Origin: Vicinamibacterales bacterium
Lineage (GTDB): Bacteria; Acidobacteriota; Vicinamibacteria; Vicinamibacterales; 2-12-FULL-66-21
Length of the DNA stretch: 64,000 nt
Direction of reading: 5' to 3'
NCBI GenBank assembly: GCA_048594885.1
Contig: JBMDXB010000013.1
Coordinates: 24,115 to 88,114, forward strand
Under the pieces are notes generated by a model, which saw nothing but the letters and a program-made list of their open reading frames with translations, ran no database searches and had not been told where the DNA came from. The position numbers were made by a program, and so were the translations under genes. Numbering within the stretch: the first letter of the stretch is position 1; the number at the start of each line of letters is the position of its first letter. Shown here in pieces: positions 50,364 to 58,456 of the stretch.

Positions 50364-52912
50364 GCGATGACAATCGTCCACGCCGTCTGAGCCGCCGCCA
50401 GCGACGCGTCGCCCTCACCGCCGTGCTGCTGCTGGGCGCGTTCGCCATCGGCGCGGTGGTGCTGGTGCGCGCCTACCGGCAGAATCAACCCGCGCAGTAC
50501 CGTCCGGGCGAAGCCAATGCCGACATCACGGCGTCACTTGCGCGGGACCTGCCGCCTGACGCCGCGCGGCCGGTATTCGCAGACGTGACCTCCGAGGCGG
50601 GTCTCGGCGGCTTCACCACCTTTGCGGGCGCGCGCACGTCGCAGCTTCCTGAAGACATGGGTCCGGGCGTCGCGTGGGGCGACTACGACAACGACGGTGA
50701 CGACGACGTGTTTCTGGTCAGCGCCGGCGGGCCGCTCGGCGCGAAGGCGGAACAGTTGGCGCCGAGCGCGCTATTCGAGAACCTGGGCGGCGGACGCTTC
50801 CAGCGAGCCGCCGGCTTTCCGGAGCCACGTATCATCGGCATGGCCGCGGCGTGGGGCGACTACGACGGGGATGGCTGGATCGACCTCGCCGTCAGTGGAT
50901 ACAACGCGCTGCTGCTGTTCCGGAACGACCGCGGCCGGTTCTCGCTCGATCGGCAGTTCGTCAGCCGGCCCGGATTCTGGTCGGGTCTCGCGTGGGGCGA
51001 CTACGACAACGATCGCCGGCTGGATTTGTACGTCTGCGGATACGTGCAGTACCTCGAGACGGGCTCGGCGCACGCTGCCGTCACGCAACAGTACGGCAGA
51101 TCGGTTCCCTTCACGCTCAACCCCGCGTCGTACGAGCCGCAGGCGAACCTGTTGTTCCGCAACACCGGACGCGGCACGTTCGTCGAGACGGCGGCGCGGC
51201 TCGGCGTCGCCAACCCGGAAGGCCGCAGCCTGAGCGCGCTCTGGCACGACTTCGACGACGACGGGTGGCTGGACCTCTACGTTGCCAACGACATCTCCGA
51301 CAACGTGCTGTATCGAAACGCCAACGGCCGATTCAAAGACATCAGCCATCCGGCGTGGGTTGCGGACTACCGCGGCGCGATGGGACTGGCGGCCGGCGAC
51401 TGGAACCGCGACGGCGACGACGACCTGTTCATCACCCACTGGATCGCGCAGGAGAACGCGCTCTACGACTCGCATGCGAAACAGTCGGGAGCGTTGCGCT
51501 TCGCGGATGCCGCCGACGCCGTCGGCCTCGGTCAGGTGGCGCTGCCGATGGTCGGATGGGGCACGGAGTTCCTCGATTTCGACAGCGACGGGTGGCTCGA
51601 TCTCGTCGTCGCCAACGGCAGCACGTTCGAGACGGAGACTGCGCCAAAGACGCTGGTGCCGCAGCGGCCGTTCCTCTTCTGGAACCGCCGCGGCGAGCAC
51701 TTTTACGACGTCGCGCCGCTCGCGGCGCCGCTCTCGAAGGCTCACGTCGCGCGAGGCCTCGGCGTATCGGACTTCGACGGGGACGGAGACCTCGACGTAC
51801 TGATCGCGCGCAACGGAGGCGGTGTGCAACTGCTGCGCAACGACACCGCCGCGGGGCAGTGGCTGCAGATCGTGCTGCGCTCTCGCGCGTCCGCCGATGC
51901 GCCGACTGTCGTCGCGCGTGGCGCCGCCGCCGTGGCGCAGGCAGGTTCGGTCCAGATCCGGCGCAGCGTCACGAGCGCATCGTACCTATCGCAGAGCACG
52001 AGCACGCTGCACTTCGGGCTCGGAGCCGCAGCCCAGGTGGACAAGGTCACGGTGCGCTGGCGCGCGGGAGTCGTGACGGAGCACGGCCCGCTCGCCGCGG
52101 GCCGACGGTGGGAGATCACCGAGGGAGATCCGATTCCGCGGGAAATCCCACGTGCAGCCGGTACGCCGACGAGCGCGGGCGCCGCGCCCGCGTCCGACCG
52201 CGACCGCATCGTGGCGTTCTGGGACCGGCATCGAGCGGCGATGCACGCGCTGAAGTCGGAGAACGACCCGGCGAAGGCAGCGGGCCTGTTCGAGCAGGCA
52301 CTGGCGATCGATCCGGCGCACGAAGACGCGCGGTTCTACCTGGCGACGGCGCTCGCGGCACAGGGAAACACGGACGGGGCGCTGCGCCATTACGAGCAGA
52401 TGAACCGCACGAATGCGCGGAGCCACCGCAGCCTGACCGGCTGGGCCCGGCTGCGCGCGCTGACCAGCCGCGGGCCGGCCGACCTCGCGGCTGCGGAGGA
52501 CGCGCTGAACCGGGCGCACGATCTGAATCCGGAGGAAACCGGCGCGCTCGTGATGCTGGGCGAGATCGCGCTGATGCGCGGGCAGCACGCGGTGGCGGAG
52601 CGGCGGCTCAAAGCCGTGGCGCAGGCGAACGCGCGCGCCGCTGGGGCCTTCTTCCTCCTCGGCTACATCCGCTGGAAGGCCGGCGATGCGGAGCACGCTC
52701 GCGAGTATCTCGAACAGGCGCGAACGGCGCTTGGGCCGGAGTGGAAGCCAGCCGGATCGACGGCTGAAGGCGACGTCGCCCGCAGCGTCGCGCACGCCGC
52801 GACCCTGCTCTCGCGTTTCTGGGACCAGTGGGACGGCGTCGCCAGGGCGCCATCGTCCTATTCGCGTCTCGACGCCTACCTGCGCCGACCGGCGCGTTCG
52901 GGGTCACAATAG
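50360..52912 (+). CDS. Membrane-anchored FG-GAP/VCBS + ASPIC/UnbV (CRTAC1-like) protein with C-terminal TPR domain
   Basis: ATG at 50360 overlaps the cytochrome TGA (ATGA). 'RRVALTAVLLLGAFAIGAVVLV' signal-anchor. 'FADVTSEAGL...VAWGDYDNDGDDDVFLV'. UnbV-like '...SYLSQSTSTLHFGLG...VRWRAG'. C-terminal TPR ('LFEQALAIDPAHEDARFYLATALAAQGN...'). Confidence 0.85.
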   Translation: MSDDNRPRRLSRRQRRVALTAVLLLGAFAIGAVVLVRAYRQNQPAQYRPGEANADITASLARDLPPDAARPVFADVTSEAGLGGFTTFAGARTSQLPEDMGPGVAWGDYDNDGDDDVFLVSAGGPLGAKAEQLAPSALFENLGGGRFQRAAGFPEPRIIGMAAAWGDYDGDGWIDLAVSGYNALLLFRNDRGRFSLDRQFVSRPGFWSGLAWGDYDNDRRLDLYVCGYVQYLETGSAHAAVTQQYGRSVPFTLNPASYEPQANLLFRNTGRGTFVETAARLGVANPEGRSLSALWHDFDDDGWLDLYVANDISDNVLYRNANGRFKDISHPAWVADYRGAMGLAAGDWNRDGDDDLFITHWIAQENALYDSHAKQSGALRFADAADAVGLGQVALPMVGWGTEFLDFDSDGWLDLVVANGSTFETETAPKTLVPQRPFLFWNRRGEHFYDVAPLAAPLSKAHVARGLGVSDFDGDGDLDVLIARNGGGVQLLRNDTAAGQWLQIVLRSRASADAPTVVARGAAAVAQAGSVQIRRSVTSASYLSQSTSTLHFGLGAAAQVDKVTVRWRAGVVTEHGPLAAGRRWEITEGDPIPREIPRAAGTPTSAGAAPASDRDRIVAFWDRHRAAMHALKSENDPAKAAGLFEQALAIDPAHEDARFYLATALAAQGNTDGALRHYEQMNRTNARSHRSLTGWARLRALTSRGPADLAAAEDALNRAHDLNPEETGALVMLGEIALMRGQHAVAERRLKAVAQANARAAGAFFLLGYIRWKAGDAEHAREYLEQARTALGPEWKPAGSTAEGDVARSVAHAATLLSRFWDQWDGVARAPSSYSRLDAYLRRPARSGSQ

Positions 52913-52919
52913 CGTTCCG

Positions 52920-54173
52920 ATGAACGCGCTCCTCGCGGCCGGCTGTCTCGCGGTAGCCGGCCTGACTGTCATTCCTTCGAAAGAAGTCGTGCTCCTGTTT
53001 CACGACGGCGGCCATTTGCTGGCCGTGCGCCGATCAATCGACCGCGGCGAGGAGCGCTTCAAGCCGGCGGTCGCTGCGCTCGAGGAGGATGCGAAGCGTG
53101 CTCTGGCGATGTCGCCGGTGTCGGTGATGGACAAGACCGTCACGCCGCCGAGCGGCGACAAGCACGACTACATGAGCCAGGCGCCGTACTGGTGGCCCGA
53201 TCCGTCGAAGCCTCACGGCACGCCGTACATCCGCCGCGACGGCGAGCGCAATCCGGAGATCCAGCGCATCAGCGATCACGACAATCTCGGGCGGCTGACG
53301 TCCGCCGTGTCGACGCTGGGCCTGGCGCACTTCCTCACCGGCCGCGACGAATACGCGGCGCGCGCCGCGCGGCTGCTGCGCGCGTGGTTCATCGATCCGG
53401 CGACGCGCATGACTCCGCATTTGAAATTCGGACAAGGTATTCCGGGAATCACGGAGGGCCGCGGCATCGGGATCATCGAGACGCGCAACCTTCCGGCGAT
53501 GCTCGATGGCGTGCAGCTGCTCAGGCTTGCGAGCTCGCGCGCCTGGACGGACGGCGACGAGGCGGCGCTCCAGTCCTGGATGCGCGCGTATCTCTCCTGG
53601 CTGCTCGAGAGTCCGCACGGCAAGGATGAATCGCGCAACGGCAACAATCACGAGACGTGGTACGACGTCCAGGTCGCCGCGCTCGCGCTCTACACGCACC
53701 AGCCGGATATCGTGCGGCGCACGCTCGAGGGCGCGAAGCAGCGCATCGCGCGGCAGATCGAGCCGGACGGCGGGCAGCCGCGCGAACTGGAGCGCACGCG
53801 CTCGTTCGACTACAGCGTCATGAACCTGACCGGCTTCTTCGACCTGGCGACGCTCGGCGAGCGTACCTCGGCGCATCTGTGGGAGTACCGATCGCCGGAC
53901 GGCCGCAGCATCAGGCAGGCGCTCGACTTCCTGATCCCGTACGCCGCAGGCGAGCGCGCGTGGCCGCACAAGCAGATTACGTCGTTCCGGCCTGCGAGCC
54001 TGACGCCGCTGCTGCGCCGCGCCGTGGTGGCGTGGAAAGAGCCAAAGTACGCCGCGCTCGCAGAACGGCTCGGTGGCGCAGGCTATCGAGTCGATCTGGC
54101 CGTTCCCGGGCTCCCTTCGGAGATCTCGCCTTCAACGGGAGCACGGGAGAAGGGGGAGCCACTTTTCTTTTGA
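52920..54173 (+). CDS. Alginate-lyase-family (PF05426/AlgL-like) polysaccharide lyase candidate
   Basis: 417 aa from the ATG at 52920. 'SGDKHDYMSQAPYWWPDP' and 'GNNHETWYDVQVAAL' resemble the conserved NNHSYW block of AlgL-type lyases. Hydrophobic N-terminus. Confidence 0.6.
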   Translation: MNALLAAGCLAVAGLTVIPSKEVVLLFHDGGHLLAVRRSIDRGEERFKPAVAALEEDAKRALAMSPVSVMDKTVTPPSGDKHDYMSQAPYWWPDPSKPHGTPYIRRDGERNPEIQRISDHDNLGRLTSAVSTLGLAHFLTGRDEYAARAARLLRAWFIDPATRMTPHLKFGQGIPGITEGRGIGIIETRNLPAMLDGVQLLRLASSRAWTDGDEAALQSWMRAYLSWLLESPHGKDESRNGNNHETWYDVQVAALALYTHQPDIVRRTLEGAKQRIARQIEPDGGQPRELERTRSFDYSVMNLTGFFDLATLGERTSAHLWEYRSPDGRSIRQALDFLIPYAAGERAWPHKQITSFRPASLTPLLRRAVVAWKEPKYAALAERLGGAGYRVDLAVPGLPSEISPSTGAREKGEPLFF

Positions 54174-54253
54174 GAAGAGAAGATAGCTCCCGTCCTCCCC
54201 TCTTCCTGTTGTCCGGTCGGGCGGAGTCGAACGCGATCGGCTACCATCGCCCC

Positions 54254-55690
54254 ATGCGAATCAGTCTGCTCGCCCTCGTGGTGGTCCTCGCGGCCGCCGG
54301 CGCGGGGGAATCCCGTCTTGCCGGCCAGGCGGCGACACGCCCGAACATCCTGATGGTCATCGCCGACGACTGGTCGGCGCCGGACGCCGGCGTGCTCGGC
54401 AACGCGGGCGTGCGGACGCCGGCGTTCGATCGCGTCGCCAATGAGGGCGTGCGGTTCGACAATGCGTTCGTCGCGGCGCCGTCGTGCACGCCGTCGCGGG
54501 CGGCAATCCTCACCGGCCGCTGGCCGCATCAGCTCGAGGAGGGCGCCAATCTGCATGGCACGCTGCCCGCGAAGTTCGCGGTGTATCCCGATCTGCTCGA
54601 ACGCGCCGGCTACGCCGTCGGCCTGACCGGCAAGGGTTGGGGACCCGGCGACTTCAAGGCCGGCGGCCGCACGCGCAATCCGGCGGGGCCGAACTTTCCA
54701 AGCTTCGCGGCGTTCCTCAAACAGCTCCCGGCCGACAAGCCGTTCGCCTACTGGATCGGTCCGAGCGATCCGCATCGTCCCTACGAGGCGGGCGCCGCGC
54801 GCGAGACGGGACTGAAGCCGGCGGCGGTGCGCGTGCCGGCGACGCTGCCCGACCTGCCGCCAGTCCGCGCCGACCTGCTCGACTACTACTTCGAGGTCGA
54901 GCGGTTCGACAAGGCGCTTGCCGAGGCGATCGCGTTGCTCGAGCAGAGCGGACGTCTCGACAACACGATCGTCATCGCCACGGGTGACAACGGCAGGCCG
55001 TTCCCGCGCGACAAGGCGGCGATCTACGACGGCGGCTCGCGCGTGCCGCTGGCGATCCGGTGGCCGCGAGGGATCACCACGCGGCGCGCCGTTGACGCGT
55101 TCGTTTCGTTGACCGACATCGCGCCGACCGTCCTCGAAGCCGCGGGCGTGAGGCCCGCGGCGGAGATGACGGGGCGCAGCCTGATGCCGCTGCTCCAGGG
55201 GAAGGAGGCGCCGGGACGCGAGCACGTCTTCATCGAGCGCGAGCGGCACGCCTTCGTTCGCGCCGGCAACGCGAGCTATCCGGTACGCGCGGTGCGGACG
55301 CGGCAGCATCTCTACATCCGCAATCTGGCGCCGGACCGCTGGCCGGCGGGCGATCCGATCTGGGTGAACTCCGTCGGCCCGTTCGGCGACGTCGATCACG
55401 GCCCGTCGAAGGACTTCATCCTTGCCTATCGCGACGACCCCGCCATCGCGCCGTTCTACGCGCTCGCGTTCACGAAGAAGCCGGCGGAGGAGCTCTACCT
55501 GCTCGCGAGCGATCCATACCAGTTGGTGAACGTTGCCGATCGGCCGGAGCACGCCGCTGCGAAAGCCCGTCTGCGCACGCAGCTCGATGAATGGATGCGC
55601 AGCAGCGGCGACCCGCGAGCGGCCAGCGATGCCGACCCGTTCAGCGCGTATCCGTACTACGGCGCCGGCTCCAAGTGGCCTCGCAAGTGA
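54254..55690 (+). CDS. Formylglycine-dependent sulfatase (arylsulfatase family)
   Basis: 478 aa from the ATG at 54254. Signal 'MRISLLALVVVLAAAGAG'. 'NILMVIADDW'. C-x-P-S-R motif 'APSCTPSRAAILTGR'. Confidence 0.88.
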   Translation: MRISLLALVVVLAAAGAGESRLAGQAATRPNILMVIADDWSAPDAGVLGNAGVRTPAFDRVANEGVRFDNAFVAAPSCTPSRAAILTGRWPHQLEEGANLHGTLPAKFAVYPDLLERAGYAVGLTGKGWGPGDFKAGGRTRNPAGPNFPSFAAFLKQLPADKPFAYWIGPSDPHRPYEAGAARETGLKPAAVRVPATLPDLPPVRADLLDYYFEVERFDKALAEAIALLEQSGRLDNTIVIATGDNGRPFPRDKAAIYDGGSRVPLAIRWPRGITTRRAVDAFVSLTDIAPTVLEAAGVRPAAEMTGRSLMPLLQGKEAPGREHVFIERERHAFVRAGNASYPVRAVRTRQHLYIRNLAPDRWPAGDPIWVNSVGPFGDVDHGPSKDFILAYRDDPAIAPFYALAFTKKPAEELYLLASDPYQLVNVADRPEHAAAKARLRTQLDEWMRSSGDPRAASDADPFSAYPYYGAGSKWPRK

Positions 55691-55703
55691 GAACACTGCA
55701 AAG

Positions 55704-55754
55704 GGGGTCAGGTCTTGAATTACTGCAAAATGCTGGAATTCAAGACCTGACCCC
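55704..55754. terminator. 18-bp perfect inverted repeat between convergent genes (candidate bidirectional terminator)
   Basis: ggggtcaggtcttgaatt (55704-55721) and aattcaagacctgacccc (55737-55754), 15-nt loop. The right arm lies inside the last 12 codons of the minus-strand Ldh_2 gene. Confidence 0.5.
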
Positions 55755-56727
55755 AGAGTTCGGCGTCGACGGGGATGCCTTCCGCGAGGTTGCGCATCCG
55801 CGTCCGATACGCGCGCTCGCCGGGATAGACAACTTCGCCGGCATCGTCGGGGGCTTTCAGGTGATCGACGATGCCGTCGACGACCGCGGCGACGGCGGCA
55901 GGACCGCCGAGCGCTCCGGCGTCGAACGCGATGAACACCTGCGAGATGCCTTCGTCGGCGTCCGCGTCCATGGGCACCTGCCATGTGGCGCGCCCGCCCG
56001 ACAGCGCGGCGGCGAGAACGTCGAGCATCACCGCGAGTGAGGATCCCTTCCAGCAGCCGATCGGCAGCAGACGGCGCGACGCGACGATCTCTTCGGCGTC
56101 GCGCGTGAGTTCTCCGCGCACGTTGTACCCGCCGGCGACCGGGAGAGGTTCGCCGCGGCGCCGGTAGCCGTCGAGCGCGCCGTACGAGAACTGCGACATC
56201 GCCGTGTCGACGACAACGTGCGCGGGCGGACGCGGCGCCGCGATGACCAGCGGGTTGTTGCCGATGCGCGGCTCGGACGCGCCCCACGGCGGCAGGTTGG
56301 GCAGCGTGTTCGACCAGCAGATAGCCAGCGCGCCCGCATCCGCCGCCTGCCAGCCGTAGCTGCCGCTCCGCATCCAGTGGTTCGTGTTCGACAGCGCCAC
56401 GCAGCCGACGCCATGCTGGCGCGAGAGAGCGATCGCGCGCGCCATCGAGTCCCACGCGTTCAGGTTGCCAGGGCCGCGGTGCCCATTCCACCGCTCGACC
56501 GCGCCGTGCGCCTCGATGCGCTCGGCGCGCGCCTGGACGTCGACGATACCTCGCGCGATCGTGCGCAGAAACCCCGGCACGCGGTTCAGCCCGTGCGACG
56601 GGACGCCGTCGAGCGTCGCGTCGGCGAACAGCGCCGCGCACCGCGTCGCGCGTTCGGGGGCCATTCCCGTCCGCTCGAGCACGCGGCACAGGACGGCGTG
56701 CAGCTCCTCGTACTTCACCCGCAGCAT
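55720..56727 (-). CDS. Ldh_2-family (malate/L-lactate dehydrogenase 2) oxidoreductase, 2,3-diketo-L-gulonate reductase-like
   Basis: 335 aa. 'DGVPSHGLNRVPGFL', 'GVGCVALSNTNHW', 'GNNPLVIAAP', 'VVDTAMSQFSYG' are typical of the Ldh_2/YiaK family. Confidence 0.8.
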   Translation of the reverse strand: MLRVKYEELHAVLCRVLERTGMAPERATRCAALFADATLDGVPSHGLNRVPGFLRTIARGIVDVQARAERIEAHGAVERWNGHRGPGNLNAWDSMARAIALSRQHGVGCVALSNTNHWMRSGSYGWQAADAGALAICWSNTLPNLPPWGASEPRIGNNPLVIAAPRPPAHVVVDTAMSQFSYGALDGYRRRGEPLPVAGGYNVRGELTRDAEEIVASRRLLPIGCWKGSSLAVMLDVLAAALSGGRATWQVPMDADADEGISQVFIAFDAGALGGPAAVAAVVDGIVDHLKAPDDAGEVVYPGERAYRTRMRNLAEGIPVDAELWGQVLNSSILQ

Positions 56728-56778
56728 TTGTCCTCTACTTTACCGGTAAAGGCCGCCGGTGATATCGTCACCCCATCG

Positions 56779-57567
56779 GTGCGCTACCAGGACAAGGTCG
56801 CGATCGTCACCGGCGGGACGAAGGGGATCGGCCTCGGCTGCGTCCGCGTCTTCGTGCAGGAAGGCGGCTCGCGCGTGGTCTTCTGCGGCCGGAACGAGGC
56901 GGCCGGACGTGAGATCGAGCGGGAGCTGAACGCCGCCGGCCCCGGCTCGGCGCACTTCGTTCGCGCGGACGTGTCGAACGTGGACGACGTGAAGCGGCTG
57001 ATCGATTACACGGCCGCGGCGCTCGGCCGCATCGACTGCCTGATCAACAACGCCGGCTGGCACCCGCCGCACCAGCCAATCGACGACTTTTCCGTCGACG
57101 ACTTCCGCGCCCTGTTCGAACTGAACGTGGTGAGCGGCTTCGCGGCGTGCAAGTTCGCGCTGCCGCACCTGCGGAAGGTGAAAGGCAACATCATCAACAT
57201 GTCGAGTCTGGTCGGCTCGATGGGGCAGATCGGCGCGACGACCTACGTGGCGACCAAAGGCGCGATCACTGCGTTCACGAAGGCGCTCGCGGTGGACGAG
57301 GCGGCGCACGACGTCCGCGTGAACTCGGTATCGCCGGGGAACATCTACACGCCGCTGTGGCAGGAAGCGATCGACGCGGCGCCCGATCCGCAGGCCTGCC
57401 GCGCCGATGGTGACGCCGCCCAACTGCTCGGACGCATGGGAACGATCGAGGAAGCCGGGCGGCTGTGCCTCTTCATCGCCGCCGAGGCGACGTTCACCAC
57501 CGGCGTCGATCACATCCTGAGTGGCGGCGCCGAGCTCGGATACGGACGCAAGACGAGGAAGCCGTAG
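56779..57567 (+). CDS. Short-chain dehydrogenase/reductase (SDR)
   Basis: GTG at 56779 gives 'MRYQDKVAIVTGGTKGIGLG' (TGxxxGxG). 'NNAG'. Catalytic 'MSS...YVATK'. The long ORF-track 5' extension (from 56218) is antisense to the Ldh_2 gene and is rejected. Confidence 0.85.
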   Translation: MRYQDKVAIVTGGTKGIGLGCVRVFVQEGGSRVVFCGRNEAAGREIERELNAAGPGSAHFVRADVSNVDDVKRLIDYTAAALGRIDCLINNAGWHPPHQPIDDFSVDDFRALFELNVVSGFAACKFALPHLRKVKGNIINMSSLVGSMGQIGATTYVATKGAITAFTKALAVDEAAHDVRVNSVSPGNIYTPLWQEAIDAAPDPQACRADGDAAQLLGRMGTIEEAGRLCLFIAAEATFTTGVDHILSGGAELGYGRKTRKP

Positions 57568-57595
57568 CCTCCTTCGAGCGGACCCACAGCGTTTC

Positions 57596-57662
57596 AACAC
57601 GGAGATCACGGAGAACACGGAGCAAACTAAATTGCCTCCGTGTGCTCCGTGCGCTCCGTGTG
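57596..57662. repeat. Inverted 9-mer array: (NNCACGGAG)x3 - 13-nt loop - (CTCCGTGNG)x3
   Basis: aacacggag atcacggag aacacggag | caaactaaattgc | ctccgtgtg ctccgtgcg ctccgtgtg. Flanking strings 'cgtttcaacacggag' and 'gctgcggccctgttcga' recur at 58375-58425. Confidence 0.85.
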
Positions 57663-57686
57663 AAGATGCTGCGGCCCTGTTCGAGA

Positions 57687-58334
57687 CTATTTCACCGCAA
57701 AGCAGTAGAACAGCCCGTCGCCGCCGGTCTTGCGCAGCGCCTCCTGGCTGCAGCCGCCCACCGTGTGCGCGGAATTCCACGACGTCGGGTTCTGCCCGCC
57801 ACCCTGACGATCGTGATGGCCGACCCGCGCGCCGCCCTCAGTGCTGCTCGTCCAGTTCTTGCACGTCGCATCCGCGTCGGCCGGCATCGCGGTTCCGTCG
57901 AGATTCGCGCCGGTGAGGATGTCGTGGCGGTTGGGTGTGTCGCCGCGGCCGTTGACGACTTCACCCTTCTCGTTCAGTTGCGTCTCTTTCGTCAGGTTGT
58001 TCTTGTCGCTGTGTAGATCCGCGACGTCCTTCGCGATCATGACGCCCTTCACGTTGTACCAAGGGCCCTTGCCGATGCGATCGCGCGCGTTGATGGCTTT
58101 GTCGCCCTGCGTGCTCAGATACGCCCGCCACTGACGACCACCGACGCCGGCCGCGGCCGCCAGCTTGGTGCAGTGCGCATCGGCTCCGGCCAGCCCTCCG
58201 AGATTGCCGCCGCTACCCGACCCCACGCTGGTGATGAAAAAACTCATCGGCTGCGCCTTGTCTTGCGCCGCGACGACGGCCACGAGCGCGGCCGCGATCG
58301 CGAAACTCAGCGCCACTAACACCTTCCGGATCAT
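57687..58334 (-). CDS. Small secreted protein, endostatin-like / C-type-lectin-fold candidate
   Basis: 215 aa. Strong GGAGGAGGA RBS. Signal 'MIRKVLVALSFAIAAALVAVVAAQ'. 'GGNLGGLAGADAHCTKLAAAAGVGGRQWRAYLST' parallels endostatin '[32 protein letters not shown]' (comparison from memory). Four Cys in a comparable order. Confidence 0.6.
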   Translation of the reverse strand: MIRKVLVALSFAIAAALVAVVAAQDKAQPMSFFITSVGSGSGGNLGGLAGADAHCTKLAAAAGVGGRQWRAYLSTQGDKAINARDRIGKGPWYNVKGVMIAKDVADLHSDKNNLTKETQLNEKGEVVNGRGDTPNRHDILTGANLDGTAMPADADATCKNWTSSTEGGARVGHHDRQGGGQNPTSWNSAHTVGGCSQEALRKTGGDGLFYCFAVK

Positions 58335-58374
58335 GGCTAGTCCTCCTCCTCTACTCCATCAATCGTATCCACAT

Positions 58375-58411
58375 CGTTTCAACACGGAGCCGTGCCCTCC
58401 GTGTTGGAACG
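58375..58411. repeat. Single-unit copy of the CACGGAG palindromic element
   Basis: cgtttcaacacggag - ccgtgcc - ctccgtgttggaacg (14 of 15 complementary). Same orientation and flanks as the 57596-57662 element. Confidence 0.8.
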
Positions 58412-58456
58412 CTGCGGCCTTGCTGAAATGGAGCGCGTTGGCCGTGCTGAACAGGA

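Noticed and set aside
54083-56689. 868-aa minus-strand ORF covering the sulfatase gene (antisense) and the Ldh_2 gene (alternative frame)
   Set aside because: Shadow ORF. The sulfatase (CTPSR motif) and Ldh_2 signatures are in other frames or on the other strand, and the translation is Arg-rich junk.
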